Notes under the pieces: model-generated
Databases searched by the model: none
Seen by the model: only the letters and a program-made list of their open reading frames with translations
What the model was told of the DNA's origin: nothing
Source of the DNA: an uncultured Spirochaetaceae bacterium
GTDB lineage: Bacteria; Spirochaetota; Spirochaetia; SZUA-6; RPPD01
Direction of reading: 5' to 3'
Assembly: GCA_964514135.1 (NCBI GenBank)
Contig: CAZEPL010000001.1
Coordinates: 6,930-70,148 of the forward strand
Length of the DNA stretch: 63,219 nucleotides
Part shown: piece by piece, positions 17,607 to 27,694 of the stretch
Position numbering within the stretch: the first letter of the stretch is position 1
Layout: each line of letters starts with the position of its first letter
Translations under genes and position numbers: made by a program

Positions 17607-19151
17607 ATGAGAGTGAAGTTTGTTAGTATTATTTTTATGGTGTTGTGTTTTCTTACTTTTAACATATACGCTTTTGCGGATGAGTATGACGATATGTTTG
17701 AGACTACAAGAGAAGACAAGGAGCCTTTACCGGAGCACGAAGAGGAGGATGCCCAAGATTGGAATGATATGCAGCAGAGCTTCTCCCTTACCCTAACAGG
17801 TGAACACATAAGCAGTCTACGTACGGGAATAATGGAAGATTATATGGATTTCGAGGGGTCGTTTAAATCCCCTCAGTTCATAAATACTTTGGGTATACAA
17901 GCTCGGCAGAACGATCTGGAAATTGTCTCACATTGGGAGTGCAAAATTATCATGAATGAGGAGGGAGAGTGGAGTGATATCCTCTCCCTCTCTCCTCTTG
18001 AGAATTATCTGATCTGGTCTCCGCAAAGCTTTACTTTACGTTTCGGCTTTCAATACTTTAACTGGGGTACGGCAGACGGTATCAATCCAACCGATACCTT
18101 AAATCCCCGGAATTACAGCCTCTCACCGCTGGCGGACAAGATACCTGTGTTCGCCTTTTCATTGGAGTATTTTCCCTCTGCAGCTGTTTCTCTCACTTTT
18201 GTGTATATTCCTTATAATCAGCAGGATATCATGCCTGTGGATTCGGTGGCCCTGCTTCAGGCCCAGTTTCCCGTAAGTACTATCGGAGCGGAGCAGACCG
18301 CCTATGATCTCTCGTCATTTGTAGTGGGAGCCAAATGCAGTTTCTATCTACAGTATCTGGATTTTTCCTTAAGTTATATTTATAATTTTGATTCCTTTTA
18401 TACACCGGATATCGAGCTTGTAGATATAGGCGCGCTGTATGGTGTTTCTGCAATTGACTTAAGTAAGAACCGCGTGCACCAGTTTGGCTGTGATTTCAGA
18501 ACCACTATCGAGAGTGTGGGTATCTGGGCAGAGGCGGGTTTTGAGATGCAGGACGGATACACACCCGGATCATACAGTACACGGCCGCCCAGCCTAAGCT
18601 GGGCCGCGGGTTTTGATGTGAGCTATGGTCCTGAAGACGAGCATTATCTAAATATCCAGTATATCGGGTGTTACATTTTTGATTTCGATGACAGCTATCT
18701 GCAGGATTACCCGAACGGGCAGCCCGCATTGGGTCAGACCGAAGAGTATTATAGCGAGTTTTACAACCGATCTCTGATTTACCAGCTTGCTTCTTTGCAG
18801 GAGGCACTGATACAGGGAGCGGCACTTAATCTGGATTGGAGTTTCGCGGATTCGCTTTTAAATCCCTCACTCTCGGTGGTATATTTGCTTCCTCTGCTCT
18901 ATGAAGATAAAACACTGGATAATGGTACAACAGTATCATACCAGAGGTTGGGAAGTCTGATATTCAACGCTGAGCTGGATATTATGCCTTTTGATTCGTT
19001 TCATTTTATATTGGGCTGTGATATTTATCTTTCATGGCATCAGGTAGGGGAAAACGGGATTACCCTCAACCGCACATCACAGGTGGGTTCATTTATAGAA
19101 AACAGCAGCCTTTACTTTAAAATGCAGTATAAATGGGATCTGGAGTTGTAA
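17607..19151 (+). CDS. Outer-membrane protein, DUF1302-like (MMPL-associated)
   Basis: Signal peptide; RFGFQYFNWGTADGINPTDTLNP motif; beta-strand-rich; position in the MMPL/LolA-like operon. Confidence 0.65.
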   Translation: MRVKFVSIIFMVLCFLTFNIYAFADEYDDMFETTREDKEPLPEHEEEDAQDWNDMQQSFSLTLTGEHISSLRTGIMEDYMDFEGSFKSPQFINTLGIQARQNDLEIVSHWECKIIMNEEGEWSDILSLSPLENYLIWSPQSFTLRFGFQYFNWGTADGINPTDTLNPRNYSLSPLADKIPVFAFSLEYFPSAAVSLTFVYIPYNQQDIMPVDSVALLQAQFPVSTIGAEQTAYDLSSFVVGAKCSFYLQYLDFSLSYIYNFDSFYTPDIELVDIGALYGVSAIDLSKNRVHQFGCDFRTTIESVGIWAEAGFEMQDGYTPGSYSTRPPSLSWAAGFDVSYGPEDEHYLNIQYIGCYIFDFDDSYLQDYPNGQPALGQTEEYYSEFYNRSLIYQLASLQEALIQGAALNLDWSFADSLLNPSLSVVYLLPLLYEDKTLDNGTTVSYQRLGSLIFNAELDIMPFDSFHFILGCDIYLSWHQVGENGITLNRTSQVGSFIENSSLYFKMQYKWDLEL

Positions 19152-19206
19152 AAGAGGCGGTATCAGGCAAAGAGAGGCCGCCTGTTCACAGCCAATTACA
19201 TATCGG

Positions 19207-19863
19207 CTAAAAATCAACAATCGCATAATAAGCAAGCTTGGGTTTATGGTTATTGTCAGAAAGCAGGGGATAGTTGTTCCTGATCGTAGGATGGGTATCC
19301 AATCAGGTGGCATCGTCCGACACTCCCCAAAAAGTGACGCTTGTTATTCGGCTGTTGTTGGCTTTGAACAGCCTGAATAACTCTTTGTAACGCAGTGCCT
19401 GCTGCTGTTCAAGCTGCACTGTAAATTCTTTTTGCGCTTCCCAGCTCTTTGTGGACCAGTTATCATTAGTATAAACGGAAATATCCAGCTCACTGATTTT
19501 TATTTCAAGGTCGGCGGCCGCGATTTTATTTATTGCGTTTCGGATATCGTTCATTTTTGGCCAGTTCAAATTCCAATGTCCCTGCAGGCCTATTCCGTCA
19601 ACACGAATGCCCTTGGAGCGCAGCCACTTTACCATGGCCAGAATTTTTGTCAGTTTTGACGGGACTGTTACGTTATAATCATTGTAATACAGCTTGGCAG
19701 CAGATCCTCTGGCCGCCAAAGCGTCCTGTGTGTATTTAAAAGCCCAGAAAATATACTCTTCATTCCGGAAGATGCTATACCAGTCGGAGCCTTCACTGCC
19801 GTCGCGGCATGTTTTGCTCTCTGTATCGGAGACCGCTTCGTTTACCACATCCCAGTTATCCAT
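19207..19863 (-). pseudogene. GH10 endo-1,4-beta-xylanase remnant
   Basis: WDVVNE, LYYNDYN, DGIGLQGH, ISELD, TFWG. N-terminal barrel missing; TGA at 19303 where W is expected, continuing LDTHPTIRNNYPLL..KPKLA, then a frameshift. Confidence 0.85.
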
Positions 19864-20178
19864 GACATCGGCTGTACCTGTTTTTCTTAGCAGGTGCAGT
19901 AGAACAGTATGAAAGTGAACATAAAACTATTACTACTATTAATAATGGATGTAAATACTGGCTCAAGTAAGGTTTTTTATACATAGAGGATCCTTTTAAA
20001 CAACTATTATATTAATAATAACTATACTACATTCTATTTTATTATTCTAAATTGCGAACTTTATTGTACACTAACTATATCTTTAATTGTATATCTCAAT
20101 AGATAAAATGAAAAAGTTGTTAATATAGAAAGAGCTTGATATTTTTAATAGAGCAATTTATTATGTTTAAGAAGAAAA

Positions 20179-20727
20179 ATGAAAATTGTATTACATGGTG
20201 GACCCCAGAATACAGAAGTATTAAAAGAACTGCTTTCATCCAGAGGGATCAATATTGTGGAGAAATCTCCCATTAGCTTTGTTCCCCGGGGCAAGCCTCT
20301 TCCAGATAAAGGTATTGTTGTGGTTTATGATACATCCCAGATGGATGAACTGATTAATTTCATTGATTCAATTAAAAATCTTTTTACACAATCTAATAAA
20401 GAAATTATTATTGGTAAGAAAAAGGAGGGTTATGCTGTTTTACAACTGCCAGATATAATATATTTTGTGGCTTTGGGGAATTATGTGTATAGCCAGACAA
20501 TGCAAGAGCGTTATGAAGTAAAGCAAAAATTATACGAGATTGAAAGCAATTTTACAGCACAATATTTTATCCGCATAAATAAATCATATGTCATTAACCT
20601 CCGCTGGATTCAGGAAATTATTCCCTGGTTCGGGGGACGGCTTTTATTAAAGATCAAAGAAATAGGGGAGGAGTTAGAGGTTTCACGAAACTATGTCAAA
20701 GCGTTTAAAAAATCCCTCGGCATTTAG
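20179..20727 (+). CDS. Stand-alone LytTR DNA-binding regulator
   Basis: DIIYF, KLYEIE, FIRINKSYVIN, WFGGRLLL, VSRNYVKAFK; no receiver-domain DD/D/K residues. Confidence 0.9.
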   Translation: MKIVLHGGPQNTEVLKELLSSRGINIVEKSPISFVPRGKPLPDKGIVVVYDTSQMDELINFIDSIKNLFTQSNKEIIIGKKKEGYAVLQLPDIIYFVALGNYVYSQTMQERYEVKQKLYEIESNFTAQYFIRINKSYVINLRWIQEIIPWFGGRLLLKIKEIGEELEVSRNYVKAFKKSLGI

Positions 20728-20734
20728 AGGGAGA

Positions 20735-21172
20735 GTGTATGAAGAACTCAAAGAATATCTGTTTACAATTATAATCTCAGGTCTGCTTGGCGCCCTTGTC
20801 GCTCTGCCTTTTATCTTTTTATTTGAGGATAACCTCGTTTTAGGACTGGTAAAGGGCTGTCTGGCCGGAGTGGTTATCGGACTGATTTCACGAACTGCTT
20901 TTGTTATTATACTGAGAACCGTTCATTCCTATCCCTTCTGGGCTTTTCTATGTATATTCTTTACGATCGGAAGCGGTACCTTGGCAAGCTCATACCTCTT
21001 CGGTCTGACTGAAGTTTTTTTCTTATTCCTCATCATAGGTCTGGCCGAAGTAGTCGGTCTTGGTGTAACCTTTCTTATTTATCGTTACAGCTTGTATTTA
21101 AACAGCAAGCTGCGTGTTATACAGAAAAAAATACAGGCAGAACTAAGTAAGAAGAGCAAAAAAAACAAGTAA
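20735..21172 (+). CDS. Four-TM membrane protein, putative LytTR inhibitor
   Basis: Four hydrophobic segments and a basic C-tail, directly after the LytTR gene. Confidence 0.6.
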   Translation: MYEELKEYLFTIIISGLLGALVALPFIFLFEDNLVLGLVKGCLAGVVIGLISRTAFVIILRTVHSYPFWAFLCIFFTIGSGTLASSYLFGLTEVFFLFLIIGLAEVVGLGVTFLIYRYSLYLNSKLRVIQKKIQAELSKKSKKNK

Positions 21173-21291
21173 CTTAAACCTAACATATACCTGTTACCAC
21201 CCATATATAGCCACTTATCACTTTTTTATTGGAGTATCCCCGGGCTCATGATAGTTTTACATTGAGAACTATTATATATCCGGAGGATTGT

Positions 21292-23016
21292 ATGAAAGCA
21301 AAATATTTTATTCCATTAATCTGTTTTTTAGCAGTCATTGTGTTTTGTTCACTCTTAATGATGCCGCCTTATCCTTTAATGATCGCTCAATTTGCCTTAT
21401 TTTTAACCGGTTTTAGTATGACCTATTTTTACGCCATTAAAGAGACAATCAAGAATAGAGATGCCGTGATAAAACTTAAGGCCAGATCGCCTTATTTTAT
21501 GCCTGTTTCCATTTTTATAAGTGTTACAGCCGTAACCACTTTTTTGTTTATTCCCCGTGATATGGATATAATCATTCAGTTTAGCAGCTATTGTGTTATG
21601 GCTCTTTTGTGTTATACCGTAGGCGTGATAATTCTTTTACGGGACATTAAAACAGAGAGCAAGCCGCCTCTTCAAACGAATAAGTTGTCTGTCAACAAAG
21701 AAAAGACACTACTGCTTATAAATCCCGTTAATCCTCATAAAACCGGATTGACTGTCAACTCGTCTTCGCGGTTTCCGCCGTTGGCTTTGGGAATAATCGC
21801 CACTTTAACTCCTGATAATTTTCATGTGGAATTAATAGATGAAAATATAGAGCAGTTTCATTATAAGCAGGCGGATCTGGTGGGTATTACCGCTTTCACT
21901 TCCGCAGTCGGCAGGGCGTATGAGATTGCCTCGCATTACAGAAAGAGGGGTGTCCCGGTTGTTATGGGGGGAATCCATGCCTCCATGCTGCCGGATGAGG
22001 CTTTGCACTATGTGGACACAGTTGTGATTGGTGAAGCAGAAAGCATATGGCCTGAGCTTATAAACGATTTTCTTAAGGGAAAACTAAAGAAAAGATACAC
22101 AGCCGAACCGGGGAAGCTAGACAATATGCCCATTGCGAGTAGGGATATATTCAGTTCACAGTACATGTTTGCAACAGTGCAGACATCGAGGGGATGCCCC
22201 ATGGACTGTGAGTTTTGTTCTGTCACGGCATTTAACGGCAGGAAGTATAGACAGCGTCCGGTAAAGGATGTGCTTGATGAGCTTGAGAAAATTCCGGAGC
22301 AATACATTTTTTTTGTTGATGATAATATCATAGGTTACAGTAAGGCCTCCGCGCAAAGAGCAGTCCGACTCTTTAAGGGAATGGTGGAAAGAAAGTTGAA
22401 CAAGGTATGGTTTTGTCAGGCCTCGCTTAATTTCAGTTTGGATGATGAGGTATTGGTTTGGGCGCGAAAAGCGGGCTGCAAACTGGTTTTTTTAGGTCTG
22501 GAATCCCCGGATCCTGAAGAGTTAAAGGTAATGAATAAAAAAGTGAACTTACGCATAGAATATAAAAAAGCACTGAAAAATATAAATAAACACAAGATCG
22601 CTATATTGGGAGCCTTTATTAATGGTACTCAAACAGAAACAGCTCAAAGCCTTGGGAATAAGGCCGATTATATTCTCCATCACCAGATAGATGTGATTCA
22701 AGCTACGATTCTTACTCCACTTCCGGGAACAAGGCTGTTTCGTAAACTGGAACAGGAAAAGCGTCTGTTATTCACCGAGTTCCCCCAGGATTGGGAGAGA
22801 TATGATATGGGTGAGTTGACATTTAAGCTGGATAATATGACGCGTAAGCAATTTATGGTGATACACAAAGAGTGTAACAGACGTTTTTATTCCAGATGGA
22901 ACTTAGTAAAGCAGTTTTTTAAAACTCTTATTAACACCAGGAGTATGGAAAGCGCGCTGTGGGCCTATAGCTCTAATAAAAATTATCGTAATGTGTTTTT
23001 AAGCTATAAAGCATAA
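21292..23016 (+). CDS. B12-binding radical SAM protein with N-terminal membrane domain
   Basis: About four N-terminal TM segments; PPLALG, GGIHAS, GEAE cobalamin-binding motifs; RGCPMDCEFC (CxxxCxxC); TPLPGT. Confidence 0.9.
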   Translation: MKAKYFIPLICFLAVIVFCSLLMMPPYPLMIAQFALFLTGFSMTYFYAIKETIKNRDAVIKLKARSPYFMPVSIFISVTAVTTFLFIPRDMDIIIQFSSYCVMALLCYTVGVIILLRDIKTESKPPLQTNKLSVNKEKTLLLINPVNPHKTGLTVNSSSRFPPLALGIIATLTPDNFHVELIDENIEQFHYKQADLVGITAFTSAVGRAYEIASHYRKRGVPVVMGGIHASMLPDEALHYVDTVVIGEAESIWPELINDFLKGKLKKRYTAEPGKLDNMPIASRDIFSSQYMFATVQTSRGCPMDCEFCSVTAFNGRKYRQRPVKDVLDELEKIPEQYIFFVDDNIIGYSKASAQRAVRLFKGMVERKLNKVWFCQASLNFSLDDEVLVWARKAGCKLVFLGLESPDPEELKVMNKKVNLRIEYKKALKNINKHKIAILGAFINGTQTETAQSLGNKADYILHHQIDVIQATILTPLPGTRLFRKLEQEKRLLFTEFPQDWERYDMGELTFKLDNMTRKQFMVIHKECNRRFYSRWNLVKQFFKTLINTRSMESALWAYSSNKNYRNVFLSYKA

Positions 23017-23045
23017 ATATACTTTTAAGATTAAGGAGTTAACAA

Positions 23046-23744
23046 ATGACAAAATTAAAACAAATGATTATCTTTTTTATTTTTCTTTTTTCTATTATTT
23101 CAAGCATTTTTTCAAATGAAAATAATTTACAGATAATTAATGGAGAAACATTTATTATGAAAATAATAGAGAAAAATGGAGAGACTTATTATGGAACCAA
23201 TAAATATTCTATTCAAAGTGTGGATGGTAAAACTACATACTATTACTCTTATGTAGACAAGTATGATAGTTGGTATGTCTGGACAGACAGTAATGGTATA
23301 CCATTTAAAATTATCTATGAAAATGAATATGGTAAAATAACGCTTTTATTTAACCATGAAGGCAAGGTTACAATGCAAGGAAGCTGGAAAAACGAGGTAA
23401 TTGAAAAAATAAAGTATTTTCTGCCCAATGTTACATTGGAAAATACCCTTGTTATAAGGAGTTTAAACCTGGAATCAAATGAAAAATACGAATTCGATCT
23501 ATTACAGTATGACAAACTCCCGGAGCTGGATGCCTACAGAATGTATTTTCAGGTTGTAGGAGAAGAGACGGTAACTGTTAAAGCGGGAACATTTTATTGT
23601 AAAAAGGTACTTTTCAGTCTGTCTGATTGGCGGGGTATATTCTGGCAGGCGTACTACTATGTTTCCAATGACAGTCACAGGTATATTGTGAAGACGCTGA
23701 ATGTACCTGATGGCGGAGCCATGGAATTAATTAGAATTGAATAG
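23046..23744 (+). CDS. Exported protein, DUF3108-like
   Basis: Signal peptide; GEETVTVKAGTFYC motif. Confidence 0.55.
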   Translation: MTKLKQMIIFFIFLFSIISSIFSNENNLQIINGETFIMKIIEKNGETYYGTNKYSIQSVDGKTTYYYSYVDKYDSWYVWTDSNGIPFKIIYENEYGKITLLFNHEGKVTMQGSWKNEVIEKIKYFLPNVTLENTLVIRSLNLESNEKYEFDLLQYDKLPELDAYRMYFQVVGEETVTVKAGTFYCKKVLFSLSDWRGIFWQAYYYVSNDSHRYIVKTLNVPDGGAMELIRIE

Positions 23745-23755
23745 GCTGGGTAGGA

Positions 23756-24910
23756 ATGATAAGAGAAATACCTATCACAAATAGAATCAAATCCCTTGAC
23801 TTCCTGCGTGGGATAATAATGACACTGATGGCACTGGATCACGCTGTTGTATTTGTGACCAAAAAGCATGCCTATGAATGCTGGGGCAGAGAACTGCCTG
23901 TGTATCAAAATGTTGTTAATTTTATCACTCGTTTTAGCTCCCATTTCTGCGCACCGGGCTTTTTCTTTCTTATTGGTGTGGCTATGGTACTGTTTGCCAT
24001 TTCCCGCCGCCATAAGGGTTGGTCCGATAGTAAGATTATAGGATATTTTTTTATCCGGGGACTATTGCTCATAGTCATTCAGCAGCTCATTGTAAATTCC
24101 GCCTGGTATCTCGGCACAATAGGTAGAGCGGATTTCCTGGGTACCGGTGGGCCTCCAGGTGGTTATGGCCAAGTATGGTTTTTCATGGATGTGCTCTATG
24201 GGCTGGGGATGACCATGATTGTTCTATCCTTTCTCCTGCGAATCCACCCGGTTGTTTTGGCGATCGGCAGCCTGGCAGCCATTTTAGCCACACAGCTACT
24301 CATTCCGGACCCATCTCAGGTTGATGTGCTCTATGCGCCGTGGCTGCGCCTGCTTCTCATTCCAGGCCAGACATATTGGCTCCTTGTTGATTACCCTCTA
24401 ATAGCCTGGATAGGTCTTGCCGGTTTAGGTATGGTTTTTGGGAAAATGCTGCAAAAAAATCGGCCTCAAGCGTTCAACTTTTCACTTGTAAGCGGAGTCG
24501 CTTTTCTGGCCGTCTTTGTTGTCTTGCGCCTATCAGGCCTTGGTGACTTTCATCCCCGGCAGGAGGGATGGATGGGTTTTCTAAACCTGACAAAGTATCC
24601 CCCAAGTTTTGATTTTATACTGCTCACTTTAGGAGTCATTTTTGTAGTCCTGTATTTTCTTGAGGCTGCCAGCAAACAGTTTAAATCGAACAAGAATCCC
24701 CTGTTAATTTTTGGACAGAGTGCTCTTTTTTTCTACATAGTTCACTTGTATATATATGCCATTATGGGTTTTGCCTTTTCTGAAGGCACACCCTTGGTGC
24801 TGGTCTATCCTGTATGGGGGACAGGACTCATCTTGCTTTATCCGCTCTGCAGATGGTATAGAAACTTCAAAAAGCAAAAACAACTGGATTCAGTATGGCT
24901 CTTTTTCTAA
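23756..24910 (+). CDS. DUF1624 / heparan-alpha-glucosaminide N-acetyltransferase-like membrane protein
   Basis: RIKSLDFLRGIIMTLMALDH, HFCAPGFFFL, KYPPS motifs. Confidence 0.85.
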   Translation: MIREIPITNRIKSLDFLRGIIMTLMALDHAVVFVTKKHAYECWGRELPVYQNVVNFITRFSSHFCAPGFFFLIGVAMVLFAISRRHKGWSDSKIIGYFFIRGLLLIVIQQLIVNSAWYLGTIGRADFLGTGGPPGGYGQVWFFMDVLYGLGMTMIVLSFLLRIHPVVLAIGSLAAILATQLLIPDPSQVDVLYAPWLRLLLIPGQTYWLLVDYPLIAWIGLAGLGMVFGKMLQKNRPQAFNFSLVSGVAFLAVFVVLRLSGLGDFHPRQEGWMGFLNLTKYPPSFDFILLTLGVIFVVLYFLEAASKQFKSNKNPLLIFGQSALFFYIVHLYIYAIMGFAFSEGTPLVLVYPVWGTGLILLYPLCRWYRNFKKQKQLDSVWLFF

Positions 24911-24944
24911 ACTGTCTGGTTTTAAAAGACAATTTTTATAACAT

Positions 24945-25494
24945 TTAACAACAAAGTAGCTTTATTACTTTCAATGCATCAAGGGTTAGCCATTTATTGG
25001 ATTGGCCCGCAGGGCCAAAATCCCAGGATGGTTGTGCTACAGCTTGATCCAAAGGCCAACTGCCATCGTGCAGTTGTCTGCTTAAGATATAATCCATAGC
25101 GGTTATTTTTAAAGCCACAGAGCCACATATTATCTTCTCTTTGAGTAGAAAGGAGCCAGCCCATGGCTTTATGGCCTCGTGAATCATCCTTATAACTAAA
25201 CTGGATAAGCAAGCGGATAATACTATCATGAGTATAGGTATCAGATTTTGTTTTCCAGACTAGGGCTATGTTTTGTATTCTGCGGCGGCGGCAGAAAGCA
25301 CCATTGTCACGTTGATGGTTTAAAATATATTCGCATGCCCTCTTAATATTTTGGTTTTCTTTAGTTAAGCCAAAATCAGCCAGCACACTTAACACCCAGA
25401 AAGTACCATAACTCTTGGGATTGTCGGTTTGCAGCAACCAGTCTGTAGGATTGGCTTTGAGGATAGTTTTCCAATTTTGTGTGTAAGGATTCAT
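24945..25494 (-). pseudogene. Prenyltransferase/squalene-cyclase-repeat (QW-motif) protein remnant
   Basis: EYILNHQRDNG, WLLSTQREDNMW and DYILSRQLHDGSW repeats in two frames; segments missing. Confidence 0.7.
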
Positions 25495-25972
25495 TTTTTT
25501 TATGATTATAGAAAATATTTTTACCAACGCCAAGGGTATTGTCTAGTTTTAAGTGTTCTTATTTGTGGATTAATGCATCAAGTTGTTCTTTGTGTCATAT
25601 ATTAAGACTGATATTATGAGCTCTACAATCTGTAAAAAATTCCCAATATTCCCTGCAAAATCTTTGGCTTCTTATTTCTGTACTATATAATCTGACTTTA
25701 ATACTCTATAAAAAACTCTCGATGATTAATACGTTTTGTTGAACATCTATCAGAGTTTTTAGAAAGATATTTTAAGGATAAACAGTTTTAAATTATAAAC
25801 GAAGTTTTAAAAAAGTCTAAAAATAAAAACCCCGCTTTTAAGTCGGGACTTTTTAATGTAAATATTGTGAGGTAATTCGCTATAATCTTATACTCTGTCT
25901 ATTTTATCTCAAGCACAGATATGGCTATGTCGGCGTATATGAGATAGAGTGATATTTATCCTTGAACTCTTC

Positions 25973-27551
25973 TTACTTTTCTGCAAGTACGTCATGCATT
26001 GCATAGTATGCCAGCTTGGGATTGAAATTCCTGTCAAAAGGCAGTGGTTCCGCGTTTGGTAGATTTAAACAGCCATCGCACACGTTATACCAAGAAAAAC
26101 AATCACTGATTCCGAATACGGAAAAACTCTTGCAGGCCGGGACTTCAAGGCAGGCCTGGAGCATGTCTCCGTAGACCTTTGCCTGAAATGCCCATTTTTC
26201 ACTCTGAGTGCCGGGGATATCTGTCAGATTAACATCAAATTCAGTAACATAAATGTCAATTCCCAGTTCAGCAAAACGCTTCATATTAGCTATCACTTTT
26301 TCTTTTTTCGGAGCACGCCTTTTTTCATAGGCGAATGGACCTAACAAGTGCATTTGCATTCCCACTGCGTCAATAGGAACACCCGAATTTTTAAGTTTCT
26401 TGACAAATTCATACATGGCATCCGTAATTTTGATGTTACCCTGAGTTTGTCTGCCTTCGTTGTGGTCGTCATTCAAGATGAGAATTGCGTTGGGATCGGC
26501 TTCTCTTGCCAGGCGGAATGCCGGTTCAACGTAATCCGGCCCGATCTTCTTATACCAGAAGTCCAAGTCGCTATTACCCCAGACCGTTCGGCTCGTTACT
26601 TGGTCTTATCATTGACCAGTGAAAATCCTCGGAAACCAGCCTGTTGAATTCTTTTGTGAAGATATTGGTAGTGCGAAGACTTTCTAAAAACATCATTGCC
26701 CCGATTTGGATTCCCCGCTTATGAGCCAATTCGCGTAATGGCGGTGATTGAGTTTGAGAGTCTGTTGGTGTAACAACGGAAAGCCGAAGAGGCTTTTGCT
26801 TTACGGCTTTACCGTCTGGCCCGATTACCGTTAATTCACTCCCCTTTTCTTTGAATCGCAAAGTTATTCGCTTTCCCTCGAGCGATTGTGGCAGATCAAA
26901 TGATTCTCCATACTCTTTTGTTCCGTCACGGAAAAGCAATGAGAGCCTTTCAGCATACACGCGCGCATCAAGCTGTCTGATGCCGTTCCACCATTCTCCT
27001 TGCTTATTCAATCTCCCGAATAATAAGATTCCATACTCCTGACCCTGCCCTGTGAATTGAATATCGACCTCAAACGAATCCGGGATATTTATGGGCTCGT
27101 AGTCATATACCAATGTTAAATAGTGATTATAAACCAATGCTGTGTTATCGTGCTTCAGTTTACCGTCTTCAATCCACGTAGACCAGGTATTCCAAACGGG
27201 CAGAGCGGCAACGTTTATCATTTCCGTCCACGGCACCTGGTCTTGATTTAATTGGGGTAAATTGGGAGGAATATTCTCAAGCAATGTACCAACTACGAAT
27301 CCTTCTTGTGCCTTGCCGCCGGTAGTAACCTTCACCTTTATAAAGTCACCGTACGAAGCAACCGGTATAACCGGTGTTCCTTTAGCAAGTTGTGAAAGCG
27401 TCGCGTAGCCCTCGTTTCCGGGTCCCGTATAAAGTGCTGTGGAATCTGTTGTCACGCGAGATTCATGAGTCTGGGAGGGTGTGTCAGTCGGAAAGGCAAT
27501 AACAAGCAAAGTAAAAAAAATCATCAAAAATAATCGTAACTTTTTCATCAT
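25973..27551 (-). pseudogene. SH3-domain GH10 xylanase with internal deletion and frameshift
   Basis: Signal peptide; SH3b-like ALYTGPG..Y; LRELA...IGA...HWSMIRPS joined directly to NEP; GGGG frameshift; then DAVGMQMH, VTEFD, WY...PLPFD. Confidence 0.85.
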
Positions 27552-27694
27552 ATTATGACCTACTATTGAATTATAGTTTATTCTCATAAATGCAACAAGG
27601 ATGTTATTTCTTTTAAAGATGATGCTTATAAAAAGTATTAAAAAGTATTTCTATTCGGGAATTAAGGCGTCGAGCAGTTCTTTGCGCCGGGCAC

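Noticed and set aside
25540-25960. AT-rich intergenic stretch with short inverted repeats and possible ORF remnants
   Set aside because: No recognisable protein motif or repeat periodicity.
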